DNA of 49,177 nucleotides, taken from NCBI GenBank assembly GCA_048886645.1, contig JBHLKN010000002.1, positions 1-49,177 on the forward strand, given 5' to 3'. Positions 1 to 9,237 of the stretch are shown one piece after another (the first letter of the stretch is position 1; each line of letters opens with the position of its first letter). The DNA comes from Candidatus Hodarchaeota archaeon. GTDB lineage: Archaea; Asgardarchaeota; Wukongarchaeia; Wukongarchaeales; Wukongarchaeaceae. The notes beneath the pieces are model-generated. The model searched no databases and had not been told where the DNA came from. It worked only from the letters and a program-made list of their open reading frames with translations. Position numbers and translations under genes: made by a program.

Positions 1-3000
1 CCTACTTTTTCTTTTTCTAAGGTTTCAGTAATGTTACTAAATTCACGTACCTTTCCTTCCATCGCGCCTACGTTTGTTTTAATGTTTTCAATAACTTGGT
101 TTATTGACTGTTTTATCCCCTCAATTTTTAGAAAGACTTCTTCACTAGTTTTATCTATAAAGCCATCTATTGTACTTACTAATTGCTCCATTCTTTCTTT
201 TTCAAGGTCAACCGTTTCCTTAATCTTGGTTTCAAGCTCTTTCATCGCTTGTTTGGCTTTTTCCAGATGGGTGCTAACTTCTAGCAGCCTGTTTTCTGCA
301 CCTTCTACTCCTGTTTTAAGCGTTTGAGTCAAATCCCTGTGTTTTTCTTCGGTTTCTTTAACTATATCTTCAACTTTTTTGATTCCTTCATTTTTCTTCT
401 CTATTAAACTATCTACACTTTCAGAAACCATTCCATCAATAAGGGTTTTAAGATCCTCTTTAACCGATATTTCCGCTTCTATTTCTCCTTCTCCTCCATT
501 TGTAGCTATTTCAGCTTCTCCTGTTGTTTCTATAGTTCCAAATTTTTGATTTATCGTATCTGTTATGGTCTCTTGAATACTTTGAAGCCACTCAAGACTC
601 TCCTCTTCAAACTCTTTCAACATTTTATCTAGACTTTCTGCAGTAAGAGTTATCGTTTCTCCACTATTTGCTTTTAATCCCTCAATATTTTGCTCCAAAT
701 CCCCCATTATCGTCTTTATACCATCTTCTAAATCGCTTTTTGCAGACCCTAAAGTTGTTTTCATATTGTCTAATGTATCCGATATCCCTTCACCACTTTC
801 CTGTTTAGTCTCCTCACAACTTTTCTCAGCATTTTCCATAATGGCGTTTTGTAGGCTTTCAGCCACTTTAAGAACGCTTTGGAAAACTTCGGAGATCTTA
901 TCTTTAATCCCTGGCAATGTCTCTGTTCCTTCTTCTAACATCGATATGAGCGCTACTTCCCCATTTTCTGCGTTAAGAATAAGATCATTAATTACATTAC
1001 CTGCACTTTCTAAAACCTCTCCTTCAGCGTTATTAACTATTTGACCGCCCTTTTCCCGAAGTTCTGAGAAAATTCCTGTTATATTTTGGGACTGTTCCTC
1101 ATTCATCTTTTGAGCAGTCTTCTCCTGATCCGTCAAACTTCTACTTAACCTGTCAAGAAACGAGCTAACCTTTTCCTTGAAATCCGTTTTATGTTTGGTT
1201 ATAAGATTTTGCAACTCTCCCCTTTTGCTAGCAATGTTTAACCCTTGAATTAGCTGATACATTTCTTGAGCACGTTCTTTGCCAAAAATTTTTTTCGCCA
1301 TTTTTTCGTCGAAAACTGGCTGAAGTTCATCTATAACTTTTTGAAGGTTTGTAAGTTCCCTAGATAACGTTAAATCAAACTGAGTTATGGCGTCTATTTG
1401 ATCAGTCAATAAAAGTTCGAGGCTTGGCGGTATATCGCTTTTAAGTTTACCTGCTTCTTTCTCAATATTTGTAGTTACTTCCTCTACCGCCTTTAATAAG
1501 GAATTTTCATAGTTCTTTGTAGTTTCATCTATCGATTGTAGAAAAGCCTTTAATCCCTTGTTTATCTTCTCTTTTAAATCTTCTTCCTGAAACTTTTTCA
1601 TTGATTCTTTTAAGAATGAAAACTCTGTAACTACTTCATCTTTACTTTGAGTTATGCTTTCCTCTATTTCTTTCATACAGTTATCAATCGTGTTTTTCGT
1701 AATGTTTTCAGCTTCACTAGTAATAGCTTGTATTTTTGATAAAAACAATTGTGTTGTCTTTTCTATAACGTTTTCTATATTTTGCGCAGTTATATCTGCT
1801 TGATTAGAAATTTTTTCGTTTTGTTGCCCAGTTACCTCTAAATTTTTCTCTTTTAGATCTATTATCTGTTTAATCGCCTTTTCATAGATATCTCTTATAA
1901 GGTCTAAAGATTCTTGCTTTGTTTCCTCAATTTTCGATGAAGAAACATCCACTTTAGCCTTATTTTCATTTACCATATTGCCAAAGATTATGTTTAGTGA
2001 TTGCCCCAAACCCTGTCTTAACGAAGTGTTGATTTGATCCGCTTTTTCTCGAACACCTTCCAAGATTTCCTTCGTTTTTTGAGCGCTATCTTCGACAAAA
2101 CTGCTTACTTCACCTTTAATCTCCTTTAACCTCCCTTCTTCTAATCCCTCATATTCTGAGGCTTTTCCTCCTAATGCTTGTAAGATGTTTTTATGTTCCT
2201 CTATTATAGCGTTCCAATCTGCTGAAGAGGCTTCTATCACTTGCCTTGTTTCTTCCCCCTTTTTTGAAACGTTTTCTTGAAGGATTTGAACAGCATCTTG
2301 AAGCTTGCTATTTACTTCTTCTTTCACCTCTATTAACGAATTCTTTCCTTTCTCTATCTCCTCTTCCAATCCCATGTTAAAGCTTTCTTGAGCTCCTTCT
2401 AAAGAACTCTTGACCTCGTTTGCAAAATCTAGGTAAGAATTTACAAGTTTTTCAAGCTCTAACTTGGCGGAAGCATTAAAATCTTCCAATATTTTCGTTA
2501 CCCGACCCAGTAAACTGTCAAGGGTTGTTCTAATTTTATCAACCCAACCTACCGATGTGATTTCTATTCCTGCCTTCAATCCATCTTGCTGAGCCTTTAT
2601 TCCGTTTTTTATCTTTACTGATAAGGATTCTACACTCGTTAGACTGTTTTGAACGCTCTCACTAAGGTTGCTTAAAGCCTTCTCTATCCCCTCTTTAACA
2701 CTATTAAGGTAGCCTTGTACTAGGGAAGTTCTTCCTTCTTTAAACCCATTTAATGCATCTATTATTGCTTGCGAAACATCTCCTGCACTATTCTCAAGAA
2801 CTTCTAACTGTTCTTTCATCGTGTTTTCTACGTCATCCCTCAATGAGGAAAAATGAGCTTCTAAATCCGCATATTTCTCAGCAGTCTCTTTTGAAATCAA
2901 CTCTCCTGCGTTGTTTGAGCTCGTTCTTAAGTCCATGCTAAACTTTGTGAAAATTGCCCCAAACTCTTCAGAAATTTCTTTAATAGGAGTTTCGATAGCA

Positions 3001-3380
3001 TTCATGAGCTCTGACATCTTCTGATTTAAGGAATCGATAAGGTTGTTAGTCACGGTATCCAAAGAAAATTTAGCATGTTTCCAAATATCATCTATATCCC
3101 CAGAGATCCCTCTAAGTTCCTCTTCAAGCTTTTTTTCAGCTTCAGCTGTAAGAACAATGCTTGGCGCAAGGGCAGTGTAAAGATCCACTTTTCCCGCTAT
3201 TTTTTTTACGAAACCCTTTCCCACAAGTTTATCAAGTGTCTCAGTAATCTCACTAGAATCCTTTTTTAAGTGTAAAGCTACTTCCTCTGCTGTTTTCGCT
3301 CCAAAAGCTGTAAGAACATTATATGCTTCTGCTTGAAGCTCCTCTAATCCTATTTTCTTCAAAGGTTCAATTACCGACAT
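1..3380 (-). CDS. Partial (C-terminus beyond window edge) giant alpha-helical repeat protein with N-terminal TrmB-like winged-helix domain; at least 1126 aa
   Basis: ATG at 3380-3378 sits 5 nt downstream of GGAGG (complement of 3384-3388). The N-terminus reads MSVIEPLKKIGLEELQAEAYNVLTAFGAKTAEEVALHLKKDSSEITETLDKLVGKGFVKKIAGKVDLYTALAP, a TrmB/MarR-type wHTH pattern. I checked the phase for in-frame stops in several 60-nt lines and found none. The ORF track lists no minus-strand ORF here, and it also omits the other edge-truncated ORF (bud32). The rest is E/K/S/T/I/L-rich helical sequence with no TM segment. Confidence 0.75.
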   Translation of the reverse strand, partial: MSVIEPLKKIGLEELQAEAYNVLTAFGAKTAEEVALHLKKDSSEITETLDKLVGKGFVKKIAGKVDLYTALAPSIVLTAEAEKKLEEELRGISGDIDDIWKHAKFSLDTVTNNLIDSLNQKMSELMNAIETPIKEISEEFGAIFTKFSMDLRTSSNNAGELISKETAEKYADLEAHFSSLRDDVENTMKEQLEVLENSAGDVSQAIIDALNGFKEGRTSLVQGYLNSVKEGIEKALSNLSESVQNSLTSVESLSVKIKNGIKAQQDGLKAGIEITSVGWVDKIRTTLDSLLGRVTKILEDFNASAKLELEKLVNSYLDFANEVKSSLEGAQESFNMGLEEEIEKGKNSLIEVKEEVNSKLQDAVQILQENVSKKGEETRQVIEASSADWNAIIEEHKNILQALGGKASEYEGLEEGRLKEIKGEVSSFVEDSAQKTKEILEGVREKADQINTSLRQGLGQSLNIIFGNMVNENKAKVDVSSSKIEETKQESLDLIRDIYEKAIKQIIDLKEKNLEVTGQQNEKISNQADITAQNIENVIEKTTQLFLSKIQAITSEAENITKNTIDNCMKEIEESITQSKDEVVTEFSFLKESMKKFQEEDLKEKINKGLKAFLQSIDETTKNYENSLLKAVEEVTTNIEKEAGKLKSDIPPSLELLLTDQIDAITQFDLTLSRELTNLQKVIDELQPVFDEKMAKKIFGKERAQEMYQLIQGLNIASKRGELQNLITKHKTDFKEKVSSFLDRLSRSLTDQEKTAQKMNEEQSQNITGIFSELREKGGQIVNNAEGEVLESAGNVINDLILNAENGEVALISMLEEGTETLPGIKDKISEVFQSVLKVAESLQNAIMENAEKSCEETKQESGEGISDTLDNMKTTLGSAKSDLEDGIKTIMGDLEQNIEGLKANSGETITLTAESLDKMLKEFEEESLEWLQSIQETITDTINQKFGTIETTGEAEIATNGGEGEIEAEISVKEDLKTLIDGMVSESVDSLIEKKNEGIKKVEDIVKETEEKHRDLTQTLKTGVEGAENRLLEVSTHLEKAKQAMKELETKIKETVDLEKERMEQLVSTIDGFIDKTSEEVFLKIEGIKQSINQVIENIKTNVGAMEGKVREFSNITETLEKEKV

Positions 3381-3503
3381 CTTCCTCCACTCTCAAAAAT
3401 TTTAATATTTTATTTTAAAAGATTTTAAAATGACATATAGCACTCGTAACCTATATTAAAGGTTCCTAAATGTTATTATATGTTTATATAAATGTTTTTG
3501 CCT

Positions 3504-5021
3504 TTATTTCAAATCTTTTTCGAGGGTTGATTTAGCCCTTTCACCTTCTTTATGGATGCTTTTTCCTTGTTTTATTGAATCTTTTATCGCTTTTTCTGCG
3601 TCGGCTTTTACGTCGTTTAGGGTGTTTTCTGCACTTTTGCCGAAGGAGTCTATAGCGGTATTAAACTTCGTTATCAAGACGTTTGAACTCTCTGTTACGC
3701 TTTGAGAAGTTTCTGTGAAAACGTTTTCAACCGCAGTTTTTTCTTCAGAAAACAGTGTTTTGACATTGCTCACTAAGGTTTCTAATTGCCCAATAATACT
3801 ATTTTTAGCTACTAATATTTTCTCTTCCAGCGTTTTTGACTGTTCCTCTAATTTAACGTCAAAATTGTTTAGCGTAGAATCTGCTGTATTCACTATGTTA
3901 TCTCTCGTTTGAAGTATTACTGATTGTTCATCCATCTTTGCTTGGTCTATCGTGTTTTTGAATTCATTCATTTCTGCTTCAATTTTTTCTTCAAAACTTT
4001 TAACATGAGCATTAAAGTTTTCAACGATCTTCGACTTAGTACTCTCAAAAACTTGTTGAAACTCATTAGTTTGAGAAGAAATAACATCGATTATGGATGA
4101 CTTTGTTTCCGTCAATTTTGCAAGAAATTTCTCAACAGAAGACTCCAGAGTTTTCAAAAAGAAATCCTCATATTTTATGGCCAAATCCTCAATTTCACCA
4201 AGTTTTTCAACAATCCTTGTATCAATATTTGCTCTAAGCTCCTCGGCTGTTTGGTTAAGTCTATCTATAGCGTCTTTAATCGTTGAATCAAACATTCCCT
4301 GAAACGCCATAAAAGAATCTGTCACCGCCTCTAATGTCTTAAGAAGATCACTTTGAAAGTCCTGTTTCAACCCTGTAACGGTTTGTCCTATTTTTTCCGA
4401 CTGTTCCTTAGTAGTTAAATCAATATCTTCAAACGCCTTAGTTTGAGCTCCTCCAAACTTATCTTTTATTCTTGTAAAAGCGTTTTCTAACTCACTTTCA
4501 AGGCTTTTAGTACTATTAACTATCTCCTGATTCACCTTTTTTATCGGTTCACCGATAGTTTCTCGAACTTTTAAAAGAGCCTGCTCCCGTTGAGTTGAAT
4601 GCCCAGTTAATAGATTTGTTAATTCATCTTTATGGGTAGTTATTAATCCGGCCAGGCTTGCTGTTCCTATGTTAAAAGTTTTTTTAACATTTTCTAGTTC
4701 CTCGGAAAACACTCCTTCCAAGACTGATTTATCAAGTTTTTCCGAAAACTCTTGTTCTCGTGAGTCAATTCCTCCATCTATCCTGCCTTTCATCCCTTCT
4801 AATTCACTTAAAAACTTTCCCGATACCGCGCCTATGGAATCTTCTGCTTCTTTTTTAAGCCGAGAAACCTCGTTCTTAATCGCTTCAATATTTGCACTAA
4901 AATTTTTACTTAAACCCTCCTTAGCTCCATCTAGGTTTGAAATCTCGTCATCCAGAGTCTTAAGAATCTCCTCTATATTTCCAACAGTTTCTTTAACCTT
5001 TTCTAAACTTTTTTCACTCAA
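3504..5021 (-). CDS. 505-aa all-alpha helical-repeat protein, paralogous in style to the giant protein downstream
   Basis: ORF track entry. The TTG start at 5021-5019 lies 6 nt after the TGA of the upstream NTPase gene, with SD-like AGGTGAG overlapping that stop. An amphipathic motif recurs: ENAFTRIKDKF, TDSFMAFQGMF, VENFNAHVKSF, LNNFDVKL, ITKFNTAIDSF. No Cys and no TM segment. Confidence 0.8.
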   Translation of the reverse strand: MSEKSLEKVKETVGNIEEILKTLDDEISNLDGAKEGLSKNFSANIEAIKNEVSRLKKEAEDSIGAVSGKFLSELEGMKGRIDGGIDSREQEFSEKLDKSVLEGVFSEELENVKKTFNIGTASLAGLITTHKDELTNLLTGHSTQREQALLKVRETIGEPIKKVNQEIVNSTKSLESELENAFTRIKDKFGGAQTKAFEDIDLTTKEQSEKIGQTVTGLKQDFQSDLLKTLEAVTDSFMAFQGMFDSTIKDAIDRLNQTAEELRANIDTRIVEKLGEIEDLAIKYEDFFLKTLESSVEKFLAKLTETKSSIIDVISSQTNEFQQVFESTKSKIVENFNAHVKSFEEKIEAEMNEFKNTIDQAKMDEQSVILQTRDNIVNTADSTLNNFDVKLEEQSKTLEEKILVAKNSIIGQLETLVSNVKTLFSEEKTAVENVFTETSQSVTESSNVLITKFNTAIDSFGKSAENTLNDVKADAEKAIKDSIKQGKSIHKEGERAKSTLEKDLK

Positions 5022-5027
5022 GTCTTC

Positions 5028-6752
5028 TCACTCACCTTTTCCTAACTTTTCAAAAAAACTTTTTTTGTGTTCTAAACTGCTTGAAACTGCTAAAGCTTTT
5101 TGAAGAATCTCTTTTTTCCTCTCCTCATCCCCTGCTATTTCGCATAATTTTAAGGCCGAATAAAGATAAGCGCTCGCTATGGCGTTCATGTTCTGGCTTG
5201 AAAATTCCCTTGAAATATCTTCAAGAACGTAAACTGCTTCTCTTGCCATACTTTTACCTTTCCATTCTGTGCCTATCTTAGTAAAGAATTCTGAAGCTTG
5301 TATCAAAAGCATCTTTGCAAAAATCGGCTTATCAAGCTCTATAAACGCTTTTGAAGCCTCATCATAAGTAATACCAGCTCTCTCAACATCTCCAGCGGCA
5401 GTATACAAAGCCCCACTTAAAGTAAAAAGCGAAAAAGCATCATGCAAAAACTTCTTCTCAAGAGTTCTCTTAGCCAATTTCTCAATTTTTACGGCCAAAT
5501 CATAAATCCTAAATGATTCTCCCCCTTCTTCCACTATCTCCTGTCCCATCTCAGAGATTTTACGAATTAAAGTAGCTGAAGCTTTCCAACCCTTATCTAT
5601 TTCCGCCGTCACCAAATCCACATAAACATAAAGCATGGTAATAGGATCTATCTCCTCTTTCTTATGAAGCAGTTCAAAAAGCGCATTAGATGCAATTTGA
5701 ATAAAACCATTTGCCACTTCTACAATGCCTTTACTTCTCAGCCCTTCTAATCCCTCTTTCACAACATTGGGAACAATATTCATTTCAATCTCCTGAACGG
5801 TCGAAATATTTAAAGGCATCCTTGCTAAAAATTTCAAAACTTTTCTCTCTTCATCAGAAAGAGCGTTTAAAGGAGCAGGCATTAACCTCTCAAAAATATC
5901 GTCTCCGCCCATCTCTTGCCATTTTTCCATAGTAATCTCTATAGAAGGATCTCCTACAAAATCCGCAATAGATGTCAAGATATAGATTATAGAAAAAGGT
6001 GTTCTATCCGTCAAAAGCACAATGTTCTTACGAACCTCATCTGCCAAACTTGAAATATTTGCCCCCTCTGTTACCCTATTAATAAGTATTTCAGCCTCCC
6101 TAACCCCCAAAGCCCCTAGTTCTACCAAAGAGAAACGATCCATAAGAAAGCTTTTCTCCCCAAAATAAGGCAAAAACCTTTCATCCAAAGCAAAAACAAA
6201 AAGTGCATTAATTTTCTCTCCCTCAAGCCACTCAACAAGATTTGTGAAAAACCGAGGCAGGTCCAAATAACCCTTCAAAATAAAACGTTCAAAACAGTCC
6301 ATCAAAAAAATAACATTTAGCCTACTAGCTTCTAAAAACTCTTCAACCTCTTTAAAACTATTTTTAACCGTTTCTTCAACCTCTGAAAGCTCCAAACCAG
6401 GAAAAATTAACGGCACTTGTGGAAGAGAAGAAACAATCTTTCTTATTCTCCTATCCTCTGGAGGGAAGAACGCTAAAAGATCCTCCACAATTTTCATAGC
6501 AAAACCCTGAATATCCCCACCAAGAGGTATAGAAAAACTTGATACCTTCCAACCTTCAGTCTCCGCTAAACCCCTAAAAAGCTTCAAAAGAAGTGATTTA
6601 CCAGATCCAGCTTTTCCTGTAACAATTACACCCCTTTTCCCTTCCTTCCTACTTTTAATACCATCAAGAATGTTCCTAAAATCGTTCAAAATTTCAGATC
6701 GAGCAACAAAATTTTTCTCTGAATCAAAAGAAGACAAACTCGGAAAAAGCAT
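5028..6752 (-). CDS. STAND-type P-loop NTPase (archaeal ATPase/AAA_16-like) with winged-helix-like segment and TPR-like C-terminus
   Basis: FVARSEIL precedes Walker A GKAGSGKS (6594-6617). A Walker B-like segment reads NVIFLMDCFE. A wH-like segment reads LSDEERKVLKFLARMPLNISTVQEI...LRSKGIVEV. The helical C-terminal third has TPR-like A/Y/G periodicity. Confidence 0.8.
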   Translation of the reverse strand: MLFPSLSSFDSEKNFVARSEILNDFRNILDGIKSRKEGKRGVIVTGKAGSGKSLLLKLFRGLAETEGWKVSSFSIPLGGDIQGFAMKIVEDLLAFFPPEDRRIRKIVSSLPQVPLIFPGLELSEVEETVKNSFKEVEEFLEASRLNVIFLMDCFERFILKGYLDLPRFFTNLVEWLEGEKINALFVFALDERFLPYFGEKSFLMDRFSLVELGALGVREAEILINRVTEGANISSLADEVRKNIVLLTDRTPFSIIYILTSIADFVGDPSIEITMEKWQEMGGDDIFERLMPAPLNALSDEERKVLKFLARMPLNISTVQEIEMNIVPNVVKEGLEGLRSKGIVEVANGFIQIASNALFELLHKKEEIDPITMLYVYVDLVTAEIDKGWKASATLIRKISEMGQEIVEEGGESFRIYDLAVKIEKLAKRTLEKKFLHDAFSLFTLSGALYTAAGDVERAGITYDEASKAFIELDKPIFAKMLLIQASEFFTKIGTEWKGKSMAREAVYVLEDISREFSSQNMNAIASAYLYSALKLCEIAGDEERKKEILQKALAVSSSLEHKKSFFEKLGKGE

Positions 6753-7040
6753 GAAAAAATCAACCCTACAAAAAACTAATTACTTTATATTATTATACAT
6801 CTTTAACTATTTCAAAATTTTCTCTCTTTAAAAATACTCAAAAAATCCTTAAAAAATGAAAAAACACCTTTAGAACCCCTAAATTTTTTAAAAACTTGTA
6901 AATCAAATTTTTTAAAAATCTATCAAAAAGTAAACCAAAAAAAAGATAAGTCTGATATTCCTTTTTAGATATAAAAGAAAAGTAAATAGATTATAAAATC
7001 CTTTTCAAAGTTCTAAAAAGGCTGGAAGGAGTTTTTTATT

Positions 7041-7943
7041 GTGAAACGTGACGCTAGTGGTCGCTTGCACGTAAAATGCGTTATCTGGGGACCGCAATTA
7101 AGCGGGAAATCCACCATATTCAATGTTCTACTTTCTCGGATGGAGAGAGTTGTTTCCCAAAACTCGATCATCAAAACTTCCACAGAATTCGGGAAAACAA
7201 TGATGTTTGATTATGCTCCTCTCAGACTAAGTGAAAACGTAGTAATAGATCTTTATACAACAGGGGGAGCCTCCTTGTTCTATGCTTTAAGACGAATGAT
7301 TCTTCAAGATTCTGACTGCGTGATTTTTGTCGCAGACACATTAAGAAATGCAGCTGAAAAAAACGTAGAGAGTTTAAGAGAATTAAGAGCCTACTTACAC
7401 CAACTAAAAATAAACCCGAAAATCCTCTTCCTACTCAACCAAAGAGGAGACGTTGTAGAGCCTATAACCCGTTTTGAATTTATCCAAAATTTAGGCGACC
7501 TTGGCATATACGGTCCAGACGTATACGAAGTATCTGCAACAATGGGTTTAGGCGTTTTTGAAGCCTTCAAAATGATGATGAAAAAAACATTAAAAAAAGA
7601 AGAAGAACCTAAAAAAGTAGAAATAATCGAAGAAAAACCCTTTATTATTCCTGAAACTATCCCTCTTGAAGAAAAACCCTTCGAAACAAAAATAGAATAC
7701 CCCTCACCTATAACTGCAGAAACCGAAAAACCCATCATAAAAGAAGACGAAGAAATTTTACCAGAACTAAGCCCCATAAAACGCTCTAAACTAATAATTT
7801 TACGCAGATTAAAAAAACGATTAGAAACCCAACTCTATTCCGCAGATAAATATCTAAAAATAACGCCAAAAGAACTCGATGAAATAAGAACCCAACTAAA
7901 AGAAATAGAAGCCGAAGAAGCAACGCTTCTCTACGGAAAATAA
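7041..7943 (+). CDS. MglA-family small GTPase with about 115-aa acidic, Pro-rich and coiled C-terminal extension
   Basis: GTG start 8 nt after GGAG. It aligns block by block with Myxococcus MglA as I recall it: VKCVIWGPQLSGKST (P-loop), TMMFDYAPL (MglA TLFFDFLPL), DLYTTGGASLFY (MglA LYTVPGQVFY), CVIFVADT, NQRGD (MglA NKRD), SATMGLGVFEAF. The tail carries EEKPF repeats and a terminal helix. Confidence 0.8.
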   Translation: MKRDASGRLHVKCVIWGPQLSGKSTIFNVLLSRMERVVSQNSIIKTSTEFGKTMMFDYAPLRLSENVVIDLYTTGGASLFYALRRMILQDSDCVIFVADTLRNAAEKNVESLRELRAYLHQLKINPKILFLLNQRGDVVEPITRFEFIQNLGDLGIYGPDVYEVSATMGLGVFEAFKMMMKKTLKKEEEPKKVEIIEEKPFIIPETIPLEEKPFETKIEYPSPITAETEKPIIKEDEEILPELSPIKRSKLIILRRLKKRLETQLYSADKYLKITPKELDEIRTQLKEIEAEEATLLYGK

Positions 7944-8010
7944 CACCCAAAAACAGGAAAACATAACTAACTATTCTACCCTATCCCCCTACTTTCCCGC
8001 CTTTACCTAC

Positions 8011-8454
8011 CTATTTTTTGAAACGTTCAATTACCATCCTCTTTATCTTACTCGACTTTATGTCCCCATACCGTTTTAAACGAACAATCTCTACATCAAC
8101 TCCCCGCCGAGCAAGTTCTTCTTTTAAAACGTTTTCATCAACTTCCTGATCATAACCCAAAGCAATTAAGTCAGGCTTCAACTCCTCAATTATTCTCAAT
8201 CTATCATCCTCATAACCCAAGTGAACCTGATTTACTGGCTTTAAAGACTGAACCAAAAACCGCCTTTCTTCAGCCGAAAAAATAGGCGGTTTCCCCTTTT
8301 CTTCTACAACACTTGAATCAAGGGCAACAACCACAATAAGCTCTCCTCCTTCCTCACCAAGTTTCCGTGCCTCCTCAAGAAAAATAACATGAGCCGGATG
8401 AATAATGTCAAAAGTACCAAAAACCATAACCCGAAAACCCATATATACACCCAA
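8011..8454 (-). CDS. ribL: FAD synthetase (FMN adenylyltransferase), archaeal RibL type, cytidylyltransferase fold
   Basis: VMVFGTFDIIHPAHVIFLEEARKLG...LIVVVALD...LKPDLIALGYDQ matches the RibL/CTP-transferase (H/T)xGH pattern. The real start is probably the MGF at 8442. Confidence 0.85.
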   Translation of the reverse strand: MGVYMGFRVMVFGTFDIIHPAHVIFLEEARKLGEEGGELIVVVALDSSVVEEKGKPPIFSAEERRFLVQSLKPVNQVHLGYEDDRLRIIEELKPDLIALGYDQEVDENVLKEELARRGVDVEIVRLKRYGDIKSSKIKRMVIERFKK

Positions 8455-8619
8455 CCGTAAATTAACAACCCCATAGTTAAACCATCAAAGAATACACATA
8501 TTGTTGACATAACATAAAATATCTAAAAGTTTTCACTACTATATTTACATGGAAAAAAGCTAAACTGTTCACAACAAACAAAGATAAATAAGGTCATTGT
8601 TTTTGAATCTTATTGAAAT

Positions 8620-9237
8620 GTGGAGAGATCAAAAATGCGTCTTGCCATGTTTAACGGAATATTTGCTGGCATCGGCGCAACAATCCTCGCTTTTGCCTTA
8701 ATAAATGATAGTTTACCAACCTTTTTTATCTCACTTTTATTTTTAATGATCGTGGGAATTATAGCCGTTTGGAATACTTTTAGTGAGGTTTACATCAACA
8801 CCGAAGGCTTCGTACATCCTGAAGATAAACTGATCGGCAACTATTTATTTTTTTGTTTCATAATCGCAGAAATTCTAACTTTTGGCTACTTCTACAAAGG
8901 CGCTCGACCAATAAGCTTCATAACGGGCTTAGGAATATTTGCCGGTTTAATTTTCCTATTCTTCCTGACTCTCCTACAAGGAATAAACCCTCTAGCCGTG
9001 GTACAAGGAACAGTAACGCAGAAAGATTACATTCAAAAAGAAAAAGAAGCCACTGCCCGAATACTCATCTTCGCTATATTTTTAGGATTAATTATTGCAG
9101 GCATAGAAATGGCCTTTCTTGCCGCTTACGATCAATTAGAATACTCCATAGCCGCAACAGCTCTTGGAATAACCGCGGCAACCATCACAGGCATATTCAG
9201 CCTTTTATTGCTAACAAGACAAAATTTCCCAGTTTAA
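8620..9237 (+). CDS. Polytopic membrane protein of unknown function (about 6 hydrophobic helices)
   Basis: ORF track entry with uninterrupted hydrophobic segments. GTG at 8620 or ATG at 8635 could be the start. The overlapping ORF 8853-9245 is Arg-rich and is a frame shadow. Confidence 0.6.
   Translation: MERSKMRLAMFNGIFAGIGATILAFALINDSLPTFFISLLFLMIVGIIAVWNTFSEVYINTEGFVHPEDKLIGNYLFFCFIIAEILTFGYFYKGARPISFITGLGIFAGLIFLFFLTLLQGINPLAVVQGTVTQKDYIQKEKEATARILIFAIFLGLIIAGIEMAFLAAYDQLEYSIAATALGITAATITGIFSLLLLTRQNFPV

Noticed and set aside
31-3269. Plus-strand ORFs from the track (31-327, 766-1044, 2753-2941, 3075-3269)
   Set aside because: Their low-complexity S/L/F-rich translations are the typical antisense shadow of an E/K-rich gene. 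The minus strand carries one continuous frame with an SD and a recognisable wHTH N-terminus.
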